Source: Cenococcum geophilum (Eukaryota). Taken from it: DNA of 64,000 nucleotides. The notes under the pieces were generated by a model. That model was not told the DNA's origin. It did not search any database and was given only the letters and a program-made list of their open reading frames with translations. Numbering within the stretch: position 1 is the first letter of the stretch; each line of letters opens with the position of its first letter. The DNA lies in assembly GCA_050273025.1 (NCBI GenBank), contig CP158635.1:5766001-5830000 (forward strand). Direction: 5' to 3'. Below are positions 60,701-64,000 of the stretch, piece after piece. Made by a program: the position numbers and the translations under genes.

Positions 60701-62662
60701 AGTTTACTATTCTACTTTTCTTATATCTTGTAAAGCAATAGACATCGTGTCTAGTAGGGTCTTAATCCCTACTAATATTCCCTATTCTGTAGTGGAATTA
60801 TCCTCTACCTCTAGTATAATATCTCTAAGGTCTGCATACTCCTAGTAAGCTACTCTTATTACCTTATTATTATAAAATATTTCGCCTATATTAAATTTAT
60901 TATCCTTAATATCCAATCTATAAACTAGTTCGTTAATTCCCTTATATTTTAAGGATTTTAGCTCCTATAGCCAATAGCTTACGCCATACTTAGCGTCTTT
61001 ATAAATTCGGTATGCGTTGTTATAACAAAATATAAAACTTCTAATTAAATACTCTTTTGTTCCTTATAGTATACTATTATCCCTCTATATATATATATCT
61101 TCTACTATTAGTCTAGTTTCCTTTATTATATAGTACTTCTAACTATCCTTATAATCCCTCACAAAGTAACCTTATTTTCTATAATTTATATAAGCTCCAT
61201 CCTTAAACCACTAACTTTGCTATAGAGTCCGCCTAAACATCTTCTACTACTAAGATTCCTAGTTTAGCCTCTGCTCCTTAGTCCTATAATTACTAGATTC
61301 TTAACCTCTAGGTTTCTATAGTTTCTTACTCTATCTCTTATAGGTTTCTTTAGTACTACTTAGGTCCATTAGTTCTACACTATACCATAATTTCTAACTT
61401 AGCTTTAGTTATTGCGTACTCTACGTCTTATATAACTATAGAACTCTATCCTAGCCTCTTTTAGCCTATTCCCTTTAGTAAATCCAATTATTAATCTTAA
61501 TCGCTTAATCTATTAACTCCCTTAGGGTATCCATATCTTCTATTAGGATAATCGCGTCCTAGACTTTAGCCTTAAGTCCTTATTTATACTATACCATAAG
61601 CGCCTTATTATTCCACTTAACTTATATAGCTAGCGTCTAGAACTACGTTATATACTCTATTACTAAGGTTTATTGCATAATATCTTAGAGTTTTCTTTCC
61701 GCCGTAGTAACTGCCTCTAGGTCTTTAAATATTTACGTAAGTCGCTCTATAAACCCCTCCTAGCTTAAGAATATAAATCACACCTCTTAATTAGTGGTCG
61801 TTATTTTATTTACCTATATTTCCATAAGATAAGGCTTAAACTACTTAAGTGCCCTTCCTAACAGGAATAGTCCTACGTAGGCTATTCGATCTATAGGTAT
61901 TAGTAGCTTCGCCCCTTCTTACGTAACTTTAAAGTGCATTTAGGTAAGAAACCCCTTAAGCTTTAATCTTTCTCCTAAGTACCTTTTAATTAATAGTAGC
62001 TTAATCTTTGCTGCTCTAATCCCATTAACCCTTTCTTCTAGCGCTACATTGTTTGTTATTAACTAGTTAACTATCTCTTATAGTTATTTAACCGTTATAG
62101 GTTGCTATAAGTCAGTATCTGCTATACTGGTGTCACCTAACCTTAAAGTAATTGCCGCCGTCAATAGCGTTATAGTGGCTGCTTTTAGTGGCATGTTGTT
62201 TAACTTTCTGTATTTAATACTATAACTAGGTAGTGATTATATAACGGAACCTTATAGCAAGTACTACGATAGGCTCGTTATTAGGCTAGGTGTATAGGTA
62301 ATGTAAATTAAAGTTAACAACGTAATAATAACTGGTGGAGTAGTTGCCTAATAGATTAACTCTAATTATATTCTAAGAATTACTACAAGAAAGGAACTAT
62401 CTAGGTAGGGACTAAGGGTCCTTAAATACACAACCGTACTCCTATAAAATCCTTCTTATACGTGATATACGTCTTATACATAAGGTACGTAAGTTCCTCC
62501 CATTCCTCTCGTTTAATACGTAGTATATTATGTGACCTTGGCTACTATTCCTCGTCATATAGATCTACCGGTTCCATCCTAGACCGTGCCTAAATTAACC
62601 AACTAGCTTCTTCTAACTCTTCTCCAAGTAGTCGTAATATTGTACTTAAAGCGTCCGTAACA
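54732..62662 (-). mobile_element. Full-length Gypsy/chromovirus family B element (7931 bp)
   Basis: 423-bp LTRs at 54732-55154 and 62240-62662, TSD GTAGT (54727-54731, 62663-62667). Gag ATG at 62194 on the minus strand. Collinear with 39660-47592. Confidence 0.96.
55263..55880 (+). pseudogene. Antisense accessory gene (Zn2Cys6-like plus coiled coil), intron ~55492-55546
   Basis: Homologous to 15464-16090. Cys3 (GTT TGT ATT) and Cys6 (TCC TGC GAT) codons survive. Confidence 0.7.
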
Positions 62663-63481
62663 GTAGTCCTTAATTTACTTCTCTAACTAGATACTAAAAT
62701 AGAAGAACGCCTCTACCTACCTAGAAAGCACGTTTTTTGGCTTAATAACCTATTTATAAGCGTTAAGCTTTTTATACGACTTTAAGACCTTAGTATTAGA
62801 GGCGTAGGAACCGTCTGAACAACTAAAATAAAGTGGGAAAAGTAGGGGGACCTTAAAGGCGATATTAAGGTGGCTATAACTATATAAGGAAAGAAGAAGG
62901 CACTTACCAAGCAAATTAGCTAGAGGCTTATAGAGCTTAAATTAACCTACGCCAGTTAAATTCTATATGGTGAACTCTATAGGGAGCTTTCTAAGGATAG
63001 CTAGGTAATAGAGTTTGCTTAAAAGGACGCTAATATTATCCTTTTTATAAGTACTATTAATAACGGTAAGTTTTATACCTTAACTATAAAGCTTAAAAGG
63101 TAATAACGTTATATATCGCTAGGTCGCTATATAATTGTTACTATATAGAAATGTCCTCTTCTTACTATTAGTGGTGCCAGATAGACTTGGAAGGTCTTTA
63201 GCAATAAAGGTAAGAAGGAATTACCTATTCCTACCTTTATTTTCTACTATAATTACTATATATGCAGTATAGATATTGCTAATTAACTACGCGCGTATTT
63301 TATAACGTAGAGGATTAACAAAAAGACCTAAAAGCCTCTATTCCACTTCCTACTTAATATAGTAATTAGTATTTACTATTTACTATCTTCTTACCCTTAT
63401 ACTAATCGCTGAGTAAGCTGTATAGAGGGCTATAAATAGTTTCGTATCGACCTCCGCAACGCCTTATTTAATATTATGGCA

Positions 63482-64000
63482 CTGACCTGATATATACTGT
63501 TTTATACTATCTTGTACTGTTTCTTACTGTTAGCTGGCCTACCACTAGCGACTTAGTGGCTGGCCCTACTATTTATATATAATACTCCCTTTTTACCTTC
63601 TTCCCCTCTTTATACTATAATGTAGTTATTTAGTCTACTTTATTATAGCACTATGATAGTTTATAGTATCTTTAATTTGCGCCCTATCGCGATTATTAAT
63701 TCCTTATACCCTAGCTAATTAACCTCCGCCCTAGAGTAATTGCAACCTATGCGCGCCTCTGCTGAAACTAATACGTCCCTAGTACAGTTTTAGAATGATC
63801 CTTAGTTTTTACCTAGCGCCTAGATGGGCGACACTAATAATGCCGAAATGGCCGAAACCTAGAACCCCTGTAATGTTTTTATAAACCTCTTTATAGAGAT
63901 ATACCCTAATATTATATAGATAATCCGCTGCTCTTTACCGTACCCTAAGACCTTTAAGCCTAGTAAAGCTTACCTTACCCTTATTAACTATACTAATGAG
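63482..64000 (+). mobile_element. Probable start of a further LTR element interrupting the piggyBac
   Basis: Transposase similarity stops at ~63480 with no Cys-rich tail or right TIR. LTR-like sequence follows (TGTTAGC, TATA-like run, pyrimidine tract), then an acidic gag-like start MGDTDDAEMAE (~63823). No second copy is available to confirm. Confidence 0.35.

Larger units (their letters stand above)
53808..63480 (+). mobile_element. piggyBac-like DNA transposon: left end at 53808, transposase relic ~53935-54731 and 62668-63480; right end not seen
   Basis: CCCTT terminus. Reverted HLAVDETIQRFMGR (~54511), KPTPEGFKIW (~54580), WLDNLFTS (~62738), GTVRT (~62807) and YNHYMCGVDIADQLR (~63248). 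Confidence 0.88.

Overview
This is a gene-free, AT-rich block from a filamentous ascomycete, made almost entirely of nested transposable elements inactivated by RIP (repeat-induced point mutation). TpA is abundant, CpA/TpG is depleted, and paired repeats differ mostly by C>T/G>A changes. No intact host gene was found. Contents from left to right: (1) a Ginger-like rve-integrase DNA transposon (1-3492); (2) an unassigned GC-rich repeat; (3) four Ty3/Gypsy families, which I label A, B, C and E; (4) a full-length Ty1/Copia element (16778-22820, TSD GTTTT); (5) hAT and piggyBac transposase relics, each split by LTR insertions; (6) a piggyBac-derived MITE and several solo LTRs. Two full-length family-B elements have clean target-site duplications (39660-47592, TCCTA; 54732-62662, GTAGT). 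The main novelty candidate is a spliced antisense gene for a Zn2Cys6-like plus coiled-coil protein, carried between pol and the 3' LTR in all four family-B copies that retain that end, and conserved across two diverged subfamilies. Other notable signals are compensatory base changes supporting Tf1-type self-priming, swapped U3 modules, an apparent 2-bp AT target duplication for a piggyBac-like family, and two recombination/deletion scars. All protein motifs were read by eye after mentally reverting RIP mutations, so they are reconstructions.
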